Shown here piece after piece: positions 26,099 to 34,667 of a stretch of DNA of 55,741 nt. The notes under the pieces were generated by a model. It made no database searches and was not told the DNA's origin. It saw only the letters and a program-made list of their open reading frames with translations. Each line of letters opens with the position of its first letter. Positions within the stretch are counted from its first letter, which is position 1. Source of the stretch: a virus (taxonomy: Duplodnaviria; Caudoviricetes). The stretch is taken from positions 1 to 55,741 of IMG/VR virus record IMGVR_UViG_3300043473_000044, one strand, 5' to 3'. The translations under genes were made by a program, and so were the position numbers.

Positions 26099-26471
26099 TA
26101 AATCTGACGGATTATTGCAAAAAGTAAGGGCGAAGATCGAGGAGGAATTCGGCTTGCGTCGTCAGTTCAGTCACCTTGATTTTGAGGAATTGCTCGGTGA
26201 GGACAAGGCCAAGGATCGCAACCGGATAGGGGTTCTGTTCTGCGGCCTGAAGCGTGGCGGGGCGATCAAGATCGTCAGCACTACGCGGGGTGTTCTCGGT
26301 ACCAAGCGGTGCCGCATGTACAAGGTCGTGAAGCTTCCGTTAGGGGGCTACGTTCGCCGGGGGGAGGAGAAGGTTTCGGCCAAACCGGATAAACCTCTCA
26401 AGAGCGCTAGTCTGGACACCATCATGTTCAATTTGGGGAGGGCGCACCGTGAAGCGGAAGCTGACATATAG
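26091..26471 (+). CDS. Hypothetical basic protein (possible winged HTH)
   Basis: AGGAG RBS; GTG start. Confidence 0.6.
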   Translation: MANKSDGLLQKVRAKIEEEFGLRRQFSHLDFEELLGEDKAKDRNRIGVLFCGLKRGGAIKIVSTTRGVLGTKRCRMYKVVKLPLGGYVRRGEEKVSAKPDKPLKSASLDTIMFNLGRAHREAEADI

Positions 26472-26937
26472 CTTGATGGACGTACTGCTTGCCGATCCAG
26501 ACAAGCCGATCTCGCCCGAGCGCAAGAGTCATCAACTGACGAAGATGTACATCGCGCTGGACAGGATCGAGAAAGGTGCCGGTGCGGATGTCGAGGACTT
26601 GGCGCTGGTATCCGATGCCGTCGAGATGACCCATCGGTTCTACTATCACAACGTCACGACCTTGGAGGCGCACGACGCGATGCAGGATGACATCCAGATC
26701 GCGCGAAGGGCGCTGGTCGACGCTTACAAGCACTGGCAAGCGGACGACCTGACGCTCCTGACGGGTACGGGTATGCAAGCGATCCGCCGGGTGATGGATA
26801 CCTACTACGCCTTGATGGAGGTGGTGCCGGAGCGCCGGATGATTGAGATGCACAGGGAAACCGAGAAGGCCAACCGGCTGGCGCTATCGAAGGGGGAAGC
26901 GTTCCATGTTGGGAAAGGCAGGGAGAAGAAGCCATGA
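26449..26937 (+). CDS. Hypothetical protein
   Basis: Overlapping operon ORF; GGAGG RBS. Confidence 0.65.
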   Translation: MKRKLTYSLMDVLLADPDKPISPERKSHQLTKMYIALDRIEKGAGADVEDLALVSDAVEMTHRFYYHNVTTLEAHDAMQDDIQIARRALVDAYKHWQADDLTLLTGTGMQAIRRVMDTYYALMEVVPERRMIEMHRETEKANRLALSKGEAFHVGKGREKKP

Positions 26938-27161
26938 CAATTAACTCAGGAGGGGAGGAGATTATGAACAAGAACGAGACACTGGAACAGAAGGTTTACA
27001 GGTACATAACCAAGCACACACCGAAGGGGCACCACATGTCGTCCTTCGAGGCCATCGCCGGTACCGTAGATTTCAGGCACATGTGCTTGGCGTTCAGGGA
27101 GGCGATGGACGACGCCGCCCGAGAGGAGCGCGACCGCTTTGTGACGGGGGCGACGCCATGA
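26934..27161 (+). CDS. ETLEQ-family paralog 1 (start may be 26964)
   Basis: ETLEQKVYR ... F..MC..F ... EER. Confidence 0.65.
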   Translation: MTINSGGEEIMNKNETLEQKVYRYITKHTPKGHHMSSFEAIAGTVDFRHMCLAFREAMDDAAREERDRFVTGATP

Positions 27162-27361
27162 ACAAATGTGAGAAGTGCAACGTGGAACTGGTCAAGGGCG
27201 TAGCGCTGCAACAGACCTTTACCGGCGTACCGGACTTCCCCGGTGACGAACATCCGGTGACGATATCCCGTGGCGGTCCCGGCAAGCTGGTTCAATGCTG
27301 GAAGTGCTCCGAGTGCGGCAAAAGCTACGCCATGTCGGACAAGGAAAGGGCGACGCCATGA
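27158..27361 (+). CDS. Small C4 zinc-ribbon protein
   Basis: CEKC ... CSEC. Confidence 0.7.
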   Translation: MNKCEKCNVELVKGVALQQTFTGVPDFPGDEHPVTISRGGPGKLVQCWKCSECGKSYAMSDKERATP

Positions 27362-27648
27362 CCGGAGAAAGGGAAACCCTAGAGCAGCAAGTTTACCGGG
27401 TAGCGAATGAGGTACTCGGCTATGAGGTTACGTCGTTCGAGAAAGCGCTGGCGAGTAGACCGTTCGGGCAGATGTGCGCCTTGGTCGGCGCAGTCCTCAA
27501 GGAGGAGAGGATGGCCAGCGCAGCGGAGTGTACGAAGATAAGGATCGGCAAGATCGCAGGGCACAGCAAGACGTTCGTAGCGGGGTACATGTGCGCTGCC
27601 GAGTATTGCCGTGAGGCTATCGAGCGCCGGATCAAGGATCAGCTATGA
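27358..27648 (+). CDS. ETLEQ-family paralog 2
   Basis: ETLEQQVYR ... F..MC ... EER. Confidence 0.65.
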   Translation: MTGERETLEQQVYRVANEVLGYEVTSFEKALASRPFGQMCALVGAVLKEERMASAAECTKIRIGKIAGHSKTFVAGYMCAAEYCREAIERRIKDQL

Positions 27649-27875
27649 CAACTCCAAAATGTTATTACTGCGGGATAACAACCGATCTGAGGCCATACGG
27701 CCCTAAGCACTCTATGGTTTGTTTTGATTGCGCCACGCTTACCCCTGAACGAGAAGAAGTCACAAGGAATAACTTTCACATACAACTGGCAGCGTGTGGC
27801 TTAGTAGCTGTGATTGATGGTAGCGATGTAGGTCCATATCCATTGTCTGCACCAGAAGACAAGGATCAGCTATGA
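27645..27875 (+). CDS. Small C4 zinc-finger protein
   Basis: CYYC ... LRPYGP ... CFDC. Confidence 0.7.
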   Translation: MTTPKCYYCGITTDLRPYGPKHSMVCFDCATLTPEREEVTRNNFHIQLAACGLVAVIDGSDVGPYPLSAPEDKDQL

Positions 27876-28204
27876 ACCCCGGCGAAACCATCGAGCAGTA
27901 TGTGTACCGCATATTCCAAGAGATGCCCGACAATAGTATGCCACCGTTGGAGGAGGTCATGCACGACGCCTCGTTCAGGGACTTGTGCTACCTGTTCGAC
28001 CGGGCGATCAGGGACGAGCGCGCAGAGTGCATCGCGATCTGTGAGAGGGTAAAGACGGCCATGATAATGAGCAGCATGGCCTACCGATCAGGCCGCAGGA
28101 ACGGGGCGCAGCGCTGTCAGGATGACATCGAGCAGCGCAACTACCCCCCTTCTCCCCCCTCAATTAAACAATATGGGGGGTTGACCTATGGGCGATATCG
28201 CTGA
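27872..28204 (+). CDS. ETLEQ-family paralog 3
   Basis: ETIEQYVYR ... F..LC..F ... DER. Confidence 0.65.
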   Translation: MNPGETIEQYVYRIFQEMPDNSMPPLEEVMHDASFRDLCYLFDRAIRDERAECIAICERVKTAMIMSSMAYRSGRRNGAQRCQDDIEQRNYPPSPPSIKQYGGLTYGRYR

Positions 28205-28406
28205 CGAGATGCTTGACCGTTGGTACGGCTTCGACGATGAGGGTGAGTATTACTACGTTGAGGATCGACCTAACTTAAAGTGTCGCCGCTGCGGTAAGAA
28301 GAACTTGTTTTGGGAGGAGACAGAGCAGGGCTGGCGGTTGCGGGACGGGGATAATTTTCACACCTGTGACGTGACCAATATGTTTGACATTATCGAGGAG
28401 AACTAA
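28188..28406 (+). CDS. Small zinc-binding protein
   Basis: MGDIAD.M ... CRRCG ... H.C. Confidence 0.7.
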   Translation: MGDIADEMLDRWYGFDDEGEYYYVEDRPNLKCRRCGKKNLFWEETEQGWRLRDGDNFHTCDVTNMFDIIEEN

Positions 28407-28598
28407 ATGAGTGAAGCAGAAATGGGTGAAGCAAAGCTTAAACTGAGGATCGAGATCAAGCTGTTCGAGGACGGAAGACTGACTACCGAAGCTGAAAGCG
28501 TTGAACTGGACCACGGTCGTCTTGTCATGGTGGGCGCACTGGAACGGGCGAAGTGGGTAGTCATGGAAGAAGCCAAAAAAGCCGAAGGGGGGCACTGA
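28407..28598 (+). CDS. Hypothetical protein
   Basis: GAGGAG RBS; in operon. Confidence 0.6.
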   Translation: MSEAEMGEAKLKLRIEIKLFEDGRLTTEAESVELDHGRLVMVGALERAKWVVMEEAKKAEGGH

Positions 28599-28599
28599 G

Positions 28600-28857
28600 A
28601 TGGTTGGATTTATGAAGAAACTATTGAAGCTGGTGGAGCCATCGCTCAAAGAGCAGATGTCGAACGAGTTGCAGCACGCCGAGCACGATTTCCTCCACGC
28701 CATGACGCACGTCGATCACTACGCAGCGCTTGCTCAGTGCCATGCAAACCGCATACGCAGACTGCGGACGTCGCTGCGCATGGAAAATGTGCTGGCAAGG
28801 CCGCAGTGTGAGGAGGGTATCTACGCCATGCCGGAGCCGCTTCAGCGGGTACGCTGA
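28600..28857 (+). CDS. Hypothetical protein
   Basis: In operon; helical. Confidence 0.6.
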   Translation: MVGFMKKLLKLVEPSLKEQMSNELQHAEHDFLHAMTHVDHYAALAQCHANRIRRLRTSLRMENVLARPQCEEGIYAMPEPLQRVR

Positions 28858-28865
28858 AATAAGAC

Positions 28866-28893
28866 TTGACGAATTCTTAGCTGCTGCTAAACT
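28866..28893 (+). promoter_or_regulatory. Sigma70-like promoter of the replication module
   Basis: TTGACG-16 bp-TAAACT with extended TG. Confidence 0.6.
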
Positions 28894-28948
28894 AGGAGTT
28901 CGTATTGATAATCTCTAATCTTTAACCACTACTAGGAAAGGAAGCACC

Positions 28949-29422
28949 ATGTCACTCGAAGATCAATTAGGAAAAATAAACGCTAATCTCGAAGGTCTGA
29001 ACGTAACATTCGGAAAACTAAACACTAATCTCGAAAGACTGATCGCGAAGATTCCAACCCTTCCGTTCCTCAAGGAAGGTCCACCAGAAACCCCCGCTGT
29101 TAAGAACGAACCTCAAGAGAAACCGGCAAAGACTCCCGCTAAACCGAAGGGTGCTGACTCTGCGGCTGCTGCAAAACCAAAGGCTGAACCCGCTCCTGCT
29201 TCCGATCCAGATGCTGAGGGCGATGACAATCCCGAGAAAGTTACGCAGAAATCCTTGGGCGTATTAGTTACCGAACTTGGCAGCTTGGTCGGACGTGACG
29301 CTACGATCGCATTGATCAGCAAGTTCGGCGGCGATCGCTTGCCTAAAGTCCCTGCCGATCGATACGTCGATCTTGAGATCGCGCTGTCCAAAGCTATCAA
29401 CAAAGCAAAAGAGGCAAAGTAA
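28949..29422 (+). CDS. Conserved protein preceding DUF2800
   Basis: MSLE N-terminus, Pro/Ala/Lys linker, FG...L..VP...Y C-terminus; usual synteny. Confidence 0.7.
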   Translation: MSLEDQLGKINANLEGLNVTFGKLNTNLERLIAKIPTLPFLKEGPPETPAVKNEPQEKPAKTPAKPKGADSAAAAKPKAEPAPASDPDAEGDDNPEKVTQKSLGVLVTELGSLVGRDATIALISKFGGDRLPKVPADRYVDLEIALSKAINKAKEAK

Positions 29423-30753
29423 TGGGTGCCCATGCGAAGTTGTCGCCATCCGGCGCAGATGGCTGGATGGTCTGCGTCGGCAAGATGCACATGGAGAAGG
29501 GGTTGCCCGATCATCCGTCGAAGGCTGCGGATGAAGGCACGGCTGCTCACTTCTTGGCTTCCGAAAGTTTGATCGCGGAGGTCAATGCGAATGTTCACTT
29601 AGGCAAAATCATCGCCGTGGGGGTGAGCGCAGATAATGAAGATACATGTACATGGAAACTTGGTGGCGTTGCCGGTATCAAGGCGCGCAATGAGTTCGAG
29701 GTCGATCAGGATATGGTTGACTACATTCAGTCGTACATGGACTACGTTCTCAATCACGGCGAGGAGGGCGAGGTGTACGTTGAGTACGCGCTCGATATCT
29801 CACACCTCACAGGGGAGCCGGAGGCAGTCGGCACTCTAGACACGCACATCGTCAAGCCGGAGGAACTGGTCATCATCGATCTGAAATACGGCCACACGCC
29901 GGTATCCGTGGTCGGCAATCGGCAGTTGATGATCTATGCCTTGGCTGCATACAACGAGCACAGTCTGGTGCAGGACTTCAAGCGGGTACGGATGGTTATT
30001 CACCAGCCTCGCGTGTTTGACGATCCGGCTGAGTTCGTGATGGAGATCGATGAGTTGATGGACTTCGCGGATGAGGTGAAGCTTGCCGCAAACCGAGTAT
30101 GGTCAGTGTTCCGTGAGGAAGACGGCTCGATCGCTGAGAAGTACCTGACCCCCGGCGAGGCGCAGTGCAAGTTCTGCCGTGCCAAGCTTCAGTGCCCGGC
30201 GTTCAATAAAGCGACCGATGCCCTCGTCATATCACAGTTCGAGGATATTCAGGAGGGGATGGAGGGCGTGCCCGGTGCGACCATGGTTGGCCAAGTGGAT
30301 CACTTCGTCAAGAGTTACACGCCGGAGCAGCTAAACAGCATGGCGAACACGCTGCCGCTGGTCAAGCAGTGGATCAAGGCGGTAGAAGATACGCGGGATT
30401 GGTATCTTCTGGAACAGAACGGCCAGCTTGCCGATTGGAAGGTAGTTCAGGGCAACGAGGGCAACCGGGAGTGGGTCAACGTTGCCGCTGCCGAAGCTGA
30501 ACTGAAGCGCATGAAGATCAAGGAAGAACACATGTACAACAAGAAGCTTGTGACGGCGCCGCAAGCTGAGAAGCTGTTCAAAGCGAAGATCATTGGCGAT
30601 CGCCAGTGGCCGAAGCTGCAAGGACTTATTACCCGCAAGCCGGGCGGTAAGACTGTAGTACCTGCGACCGACAAGCGCCCTGCATTGACGCATGTCGCGG
30701 AGCAGTTTGAAGTAATCAGTGACAAGTCTGAAAGTGTGGACGATTTACTGTAA
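29422..30753 (+). CDS. DUF2800 Cas4-like PD-(D/E)xK nuclease
   Basis: HAKLSPS..., EGTAAH, GT.D, IDLKYG, N.QL.IYA, C.FCRAK..C. Confidence 0.88.
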   Translation: MGAHAKLSPSGADGWMVCVGKMHMEKGLPDHPSKAADEGTAAHFLASESLIAEVNANVHLGKIIAVGVSADNEDTCTWKLGGVAGIKARNEFEVDQDMVDYIQSYMDYVLNHGEEGEVYVEYALDISHLTGEPEAVGTLDTHIVKPEELVIIDLKYGHTPVSVVGNRQLMIYALAAYNEHSLVQDFKRVRMVIHQPRVFDDPAEFVMEIDELMDFADEVKLAANRVWSVFREEDGSIAEKYLTPGEAQCKFCRAKLQCPAFNKATDALVISQFEDIQEGMEGVPGATMVGQVDHFVKSYTPEQLNSMANTLPLVKQWIKAVEDTRDWYLLEQNGQLADWKVVQGNEGNREWVNVAAAEAELKRMKIKEEHMYNKKLVTAPQAEKLFKAKIIGDRQWPKLQGLITRKPGGKTVVPATDKRPALTHVAEQFEVISDKSESVDDLL

Positions 30754-30791
30754 TCGATAATCTGTAATAGTTAATCTCAAGGAGAAGAAAC

Positions 30792-31370
30792 ATGGCAATG
30801 GTAACTTTGAATAAAGTAAGGCTGGCCTTTCCTAACCTGTTTGAGGCGAAGTCGATTGACGACGGTACCCCGCGCTACGGCGCGACGTTCATCATCGACC
30901 CGGACAGCAAAAATGCCAAGGCTATCGAGGCAGCTATGGAGGAGGTGGCTACGACCAAGTGGAAAGCCAAGGGTGAGAAGACTCTAGAAGAACTGAAGCG
31001 CAAGGAGAAAGTTGCCTACGGTGAGCGCGAGAAGACGAGCAGCGCCGGGCAAGTGTTCCAAGGCTTCGAGGATAAATACTTCTTGAGTTCGTACAACAAG
31101 AACCGCCCGACCGTGATCGATGGCCGTCGCCAGCCGCTGACTGCCAACGACGGGAAACCCTACGCCGGTTGCTACGTCAACGCCATCGTCGATATATGGG
31201 CGCAGGACGATGCCAAGTTCGGCAAGCGGATAAACGCTACCCTGACCGGCGTCCAGTTTCATTCAGACGGCGACGCCTTTGGCGGCGGCGCACCGGCACC
31301 GGCTGACTCCTTCCCCGATCTCTCGGACAGCGGCGACGAGGATGATGGTGATGTTGACGATCTCATATAG
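30792..31370 (+). CDS. DUF2815 single-stranded DNA-binding protein
   Basis: VRL.FP.LFE, YAGCYVNA, GVQF..DG..FGGG and acidic tail. Confidence 0.88.
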   Translation: MAMVTLNKVRLAFPNLFEAKSIDDGTPRYGATFIIDPDSKNAKAIEAAMEEVATTKWKAKGEKTLEELKRKEKVAYGEREKTSSAGQVFQGFEDKYFLSSYNKNRPTVIDGRRQPLTANDGKPYAGCYVNAIVDIWAQDDAKFGKRINATLTGVQFHSDGDAFGGGAPAPADSFPDLSDSGDEDDGDVDDLI

Positions 31371-31587
31371 AATTTTAACGGGGGTGCCTTCCTAAAATGA
31401 GCGTGTTGGTCACACGCCTGATGGGGGCTGATGAGCTAGGTATACGGAACCCATCTCGTGTAACACAGCTTCGTTTACTGTGCATAAACCGCGTGGCACC
31501 TTAAATTAAAAACCGGAAATCAGCCCAACGACCATGTACGAGGAACCCTAAAGGTTCCTCTTACTTCTTTAACTCAGGGATTTAAAA

Positions 31588-33654
31588 GTGATCTGGCTCG
31601 ATACCGAAACATTCAATGCTGTACCGATCAAGAACGGTACCTACGCCTACGCCACCACTTGCGAGGTGATGATCCTTACCTATGCCATAGACGACGGCCC
31701 CGTGGTGTGCCTCGATCTGACCGCCGGTGAGCACCCTTATAACGATCGCACCTTCATGGAAGCGATATGCGACGACGACCAAATTGTGACCGCGCACAAC
31801 AGCATGTTCGACCGCAACGTGCTGCGCTCCTCCAGTAACCTTGTCCTCGATGTCCCTATCCACCAGTGGCGGGACACGATGGTGCAAGCGTTATCGCTTG
31901 CGCTGCCCGGCTCCCTCGACAAGCTGTGCCAGATATTCAAGGTGGAAGATGATCTGGCGAAGATGAAGGACGGTGGACGACTCATCCATTTATTTTGTAA
32001 GCCTCGTCCAAAGAACGTCAAGATACGCAGGGCGACGCGCTTCACGCACCCCGAGGATTGGGCTACTTTTAAACAGTACGCGATTAACGATACCGCAGCC
32101 ATGCGCGAGATCGCGCGGAAGATGCCGATATGGAACTACAAGGGAAATGAATTAGCGCTCTGGCATCTGGATCAGGAGATCAACGACCGGGGGTTTGCCG
32201 TTGATCTTGACCTCGCCCACGCAGCGCTCCGCGCCGTCAACATGGAGCAGAAAATCCTCAAGCGCAGGACACATGAATTGACCGGAGGGGCGGTTGCCAG
32301 CGCTACGCAGCGGGATGCCTTACTGGAACATATCCTTGAGGAGTACGGGTTTTCGTTCCCCGACATGACCAAGGATACTTTAGAAAAAGTGCTGGCTGAC
32401 CAAGAGGTGCCGGAAGCCCTGAAGGAGTTGGTCAGGGTGCGCCTCCAGACTTCGACGACCAGCACTGCAAAGTACACCAAAATTATCAAGTCAGCCGTCG
32501 ACGGCCGTCTGTGCGGCACCGTACAGTTTGATGGCGCAGGACGCACCGGCAGGGCAGCGGGGCGCACCGTGCAGCCGCAGAACTTCCCGCGACCGGACAT
32601 GAAGGCAGAGGAAATCGATGAGGGTATTGAGGCGCTCAAGGTTGACTGCGCTGACCTCATATACCCTAACGTCATGTCGCTCACCTCCAACGCGCTGCGG
32701 GGCTGCATCGTGGCGGCTCCGGGCATGAAGCTGGTCGTATCTGATCTGTCCAACATCGAAGGCCGGGGGGTGGCGTACTTGGCCAAAGAGAAATGGAAGC
32801 TGCAAGCCTTCAGGGATTACGACGCAGGACTGACTGAGGACTTGTATCAGGTTTCCTATGGCAAAGCTTTCGGGGTACCGCCCTCGGAAGCGATAGGTGA
32901 CAAGCGTCAGATCGGTAAGGTCATGGAGTTGATGCTCGGTTACGAAGGAGGAGTCGGTGCCTTCCTCACGGGAGCCGCGACGTACCGCATCGATCTCGAT
33001 CACATGTCACGGATGGCCATACCCAGCATACCGGAGAGCGTCTGGAACGAGGCGGTCAAGTTCTGGTACTGGTGCAAGAAAACCAAGCGCACGACCTACG
33101 GCCTGAGCCTTGACGTGTTCTGCGCCTGTGATTCATTGAAGCGCATGTGGAGGGCGCAACACCCCGAGATCGTCGCATTTTGGGCAGAGGTGAGGGAGGC
33201 GACAATCATGGCAATCAGAGAGCCGGGCATATCGTTCACCTGCCGCCGGGTTCGGATGAGGCGCACCGGCGAATGGCTCAGGATTATCCTGCCTTCCGGT
33301 CGCGCGCTCTGCTACCCGGCACCAAGGGTAGATGACAAGGGCAAGATCAGCTACGACGGCGTCAACCAGTTCAGTCACAAGTGGGGAAAGATCAGTACCT
33401 ACGGGGGCAAGCTGGTGGAGAACATTACCCAAGCGTTCGCGCGGGATGTCTTCTACTGCTCGAAGTTCAACATCGAACAGGCAGGGTACAGGATCGTGTT
33501 GGAAGTACATGACGAGTTCATCACTGAGGTACCTGACAGTGACGAGTTCAGCGCGGAGGGACTGAGCCGGATACTGTCTGCCAATCCGAGGTGGGCACCG
33601 GACATACCGTTAGCGGCCAAGGGCTTCGAGACTTATCGTTACCGAAAGGGATAG
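31588..33654 (+). CDS. polA: Family A DNA polymerase with 3'-5' exonuclease
   Basis: ExoI DTET, AHN..FD, motif A DLSNIEGR, motif B RQIGKVMELMLGY, motif C VHDE. Confidence 0.95.
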   Translation: MIWLDTETFNAVPIKNGTYAYATTCEVMILTYAIDDGPVVCLDLTAGEHPYNDRTFMEAICDDDQIVTAHNSMFDRNVLRSSSNLVLDVPIHQWRDTMVQALSLALPGSLDKLCQIFKVEDDLAKMKDGGRLIHLFCKPRPKNVKIRRATRFTHPEDWATFKQYAINDTAAMREIARKMPIWNYKGNELALWHLDQEINDRGFAVDLDLAHAALRAVNMEQKILKRRTHELTGGAVASATQRDALLEHILEEYGFSFPDMTKDTLEKVLADQEVPEALKELVRVRLQTSTTSTAKYTKIIKSAVDGRLCGTVQFDGAGRTGRAAGRTVQPQNFPRPDMKAEEIDEGIEALKVDCADLIYPNVMSLTSNALRGCIVAAPGMKLVVSDLSNIEGRGVAYLAKEKWKLQAFRDYDAGLTEDLYQVSYGKAFGVPPSEAIGDKRQIGKVMELMLGYEGGVGAFLTGAATYRIDLDHMSRMAIPSIPESVWNEAVKFWYWCKKTKRTTYGLSLDVFCACDSLKRMWRAQHPEIVAFWAEVREATIMAIREPGISFTCRRVRMRRTGEWLRIILPSGRALCYPAPRVDDKGKISYDGVNQFSHKWGKISTYGGKLVENITQAFARDVFYCSKFNIEQAGYRIVLEVHDEFITEVPDSDEFSAEGLSRILSANPRWAPDIPLAAKGFETYRYRKG

Positions 33655-33656
33655 CC

Positions 33657-33944
33657 ATGAAGGACAAGCCAATTCTGGAAGGAGATATCAGGGACTATCT
33701 GCTGAAGGTAGCCAAGCAGTACCACGCGCTAGTCCGCAAGGTGACGTGGTACCAAAGGAAGGGAGCACCGGATTGGTTCGTGGCCTTTAACGGGGTACAC
33801 CTCGTTGAACTGAAGCGTCCGGGAAAGGACTTAGAGGATCATCAACACAGAGAGATTGCGCGGTTAAGGTTGCAAGGGGTGGATGTCCGTGTGCTGGACA
33901 GTTATGAAGGTATTGAGGATTTTTTTAAGGAGATTAAAGGATGA
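33657..33944 (+). CDS. VRR-NUC domain nuclease
   Basis: LE.DI ... G.PD ... VELKRPG ... Q. Confidence 0.88.
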   Translation: MKDKPILEGDIRDYLLKVAKQYHALVRKVTWYQRKGAPDWFVAFNGVHLVELKRPGKDLEDHQHREIARLRLQGVDVRVLDSYEGIEDFFKEIKG

Positions 33945-34195
33945 GGGTATTAAAGGAGGTTCGCTTTTCCCCGGTCAGAGGGGCGGGGGGTGATGTGCTC
34001 GGCTATCAGTCCGAGTTGGAAGTTGAGATCGAGGGGGAATTGTTTCACACCGAGGTGTACTTAAACATCGATCGGTACGAGTTGACCACGCCATCGATGC
34101 TCGATTTCATTCACAACAATCTGCGCAATGTTGTGATTGACAAACTCCGCAAAAGATTGTTCGAGGGGGTCGACCATGACAACCATAGCGTTTGA
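33941..34195 (+). CDS. Hypothetical protein
   Basis: ATGA overlap. Confidence 0.55.
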   Translation: MRVLKEVRFSPVRGAGGDVLGYQSELEVEIEGELFHTEVYLNIDRYELTTPSMLDFIHNNLRNVVIDKLRKRLFEGVDHDNHSV

Positions 34196-34667
34196 CGGCA
34201 GCATGATCGTGGCGGATACCCTGTGCGTCGATGCTTGGGGCTTGACGTCCACGGTAGAGGACAAGATACGCCGTGGCCTTGATTACTACATCGGCTTCGC
34301 CGGGTCTGTTCACCTCGTCGAGAGGTATTGGCGCACGGTGAAAGACGAGGGGCTGTTTGACGTCCTGCAACTTGGCTACCCTGACTATGATCCAGACAAG
34401 AGCGACATAAGCATTATGGTCTGCAACGTCGAAGGCAACGCATGGTACATGTCCGGCAGCGCCTACCAGAAGGTCACTCGGTTTTCGCGTTCTCGGGGGG
34501 CGACTTTTCCGTACCACGCCATCGGATCAGGCCGTGACTACGCCTTGGCGACGATGAACCTTGGCTACGAGGCAATGACCGCAGTCCAAACAGCCAGTGA
34601 GTTCGACCATCGTACCGGAGAAGGCATGGTTACTTATCACCTCAATTCACTCAGGGTGCCGAGATGA
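34176..34667 (+). CDS. HslV/proteasome-beta-like Ntn hydrolase
   Basis: MTTIAFDG...AD N-terminus; AIGSG..A...M ... AV..A...D..TG. Confidence 0.75.
   Translation: MTTIAFDGSMIVADTLCVDAWGLTSTVEDKIRRGLDYYIGFAGSVHLVERYWRTVKDEGLFDVLQLGYPDYDPDKSDISIMVCNVEGNAWYMSGSAYQKVTRFSRSRGATFPYHAIGSGRDYALATMNLGYEAMTAVQTASEFDHRTGEGMVTYHLNSLRVPR

Noticed and set aside
31428-31520. Hammerhead ribozyme suggested by CTGATGAG and a downstream GAAA
   Set aside because: The bases after CUGAUGA do not pair with those before GAAA, so stem II cannot form.
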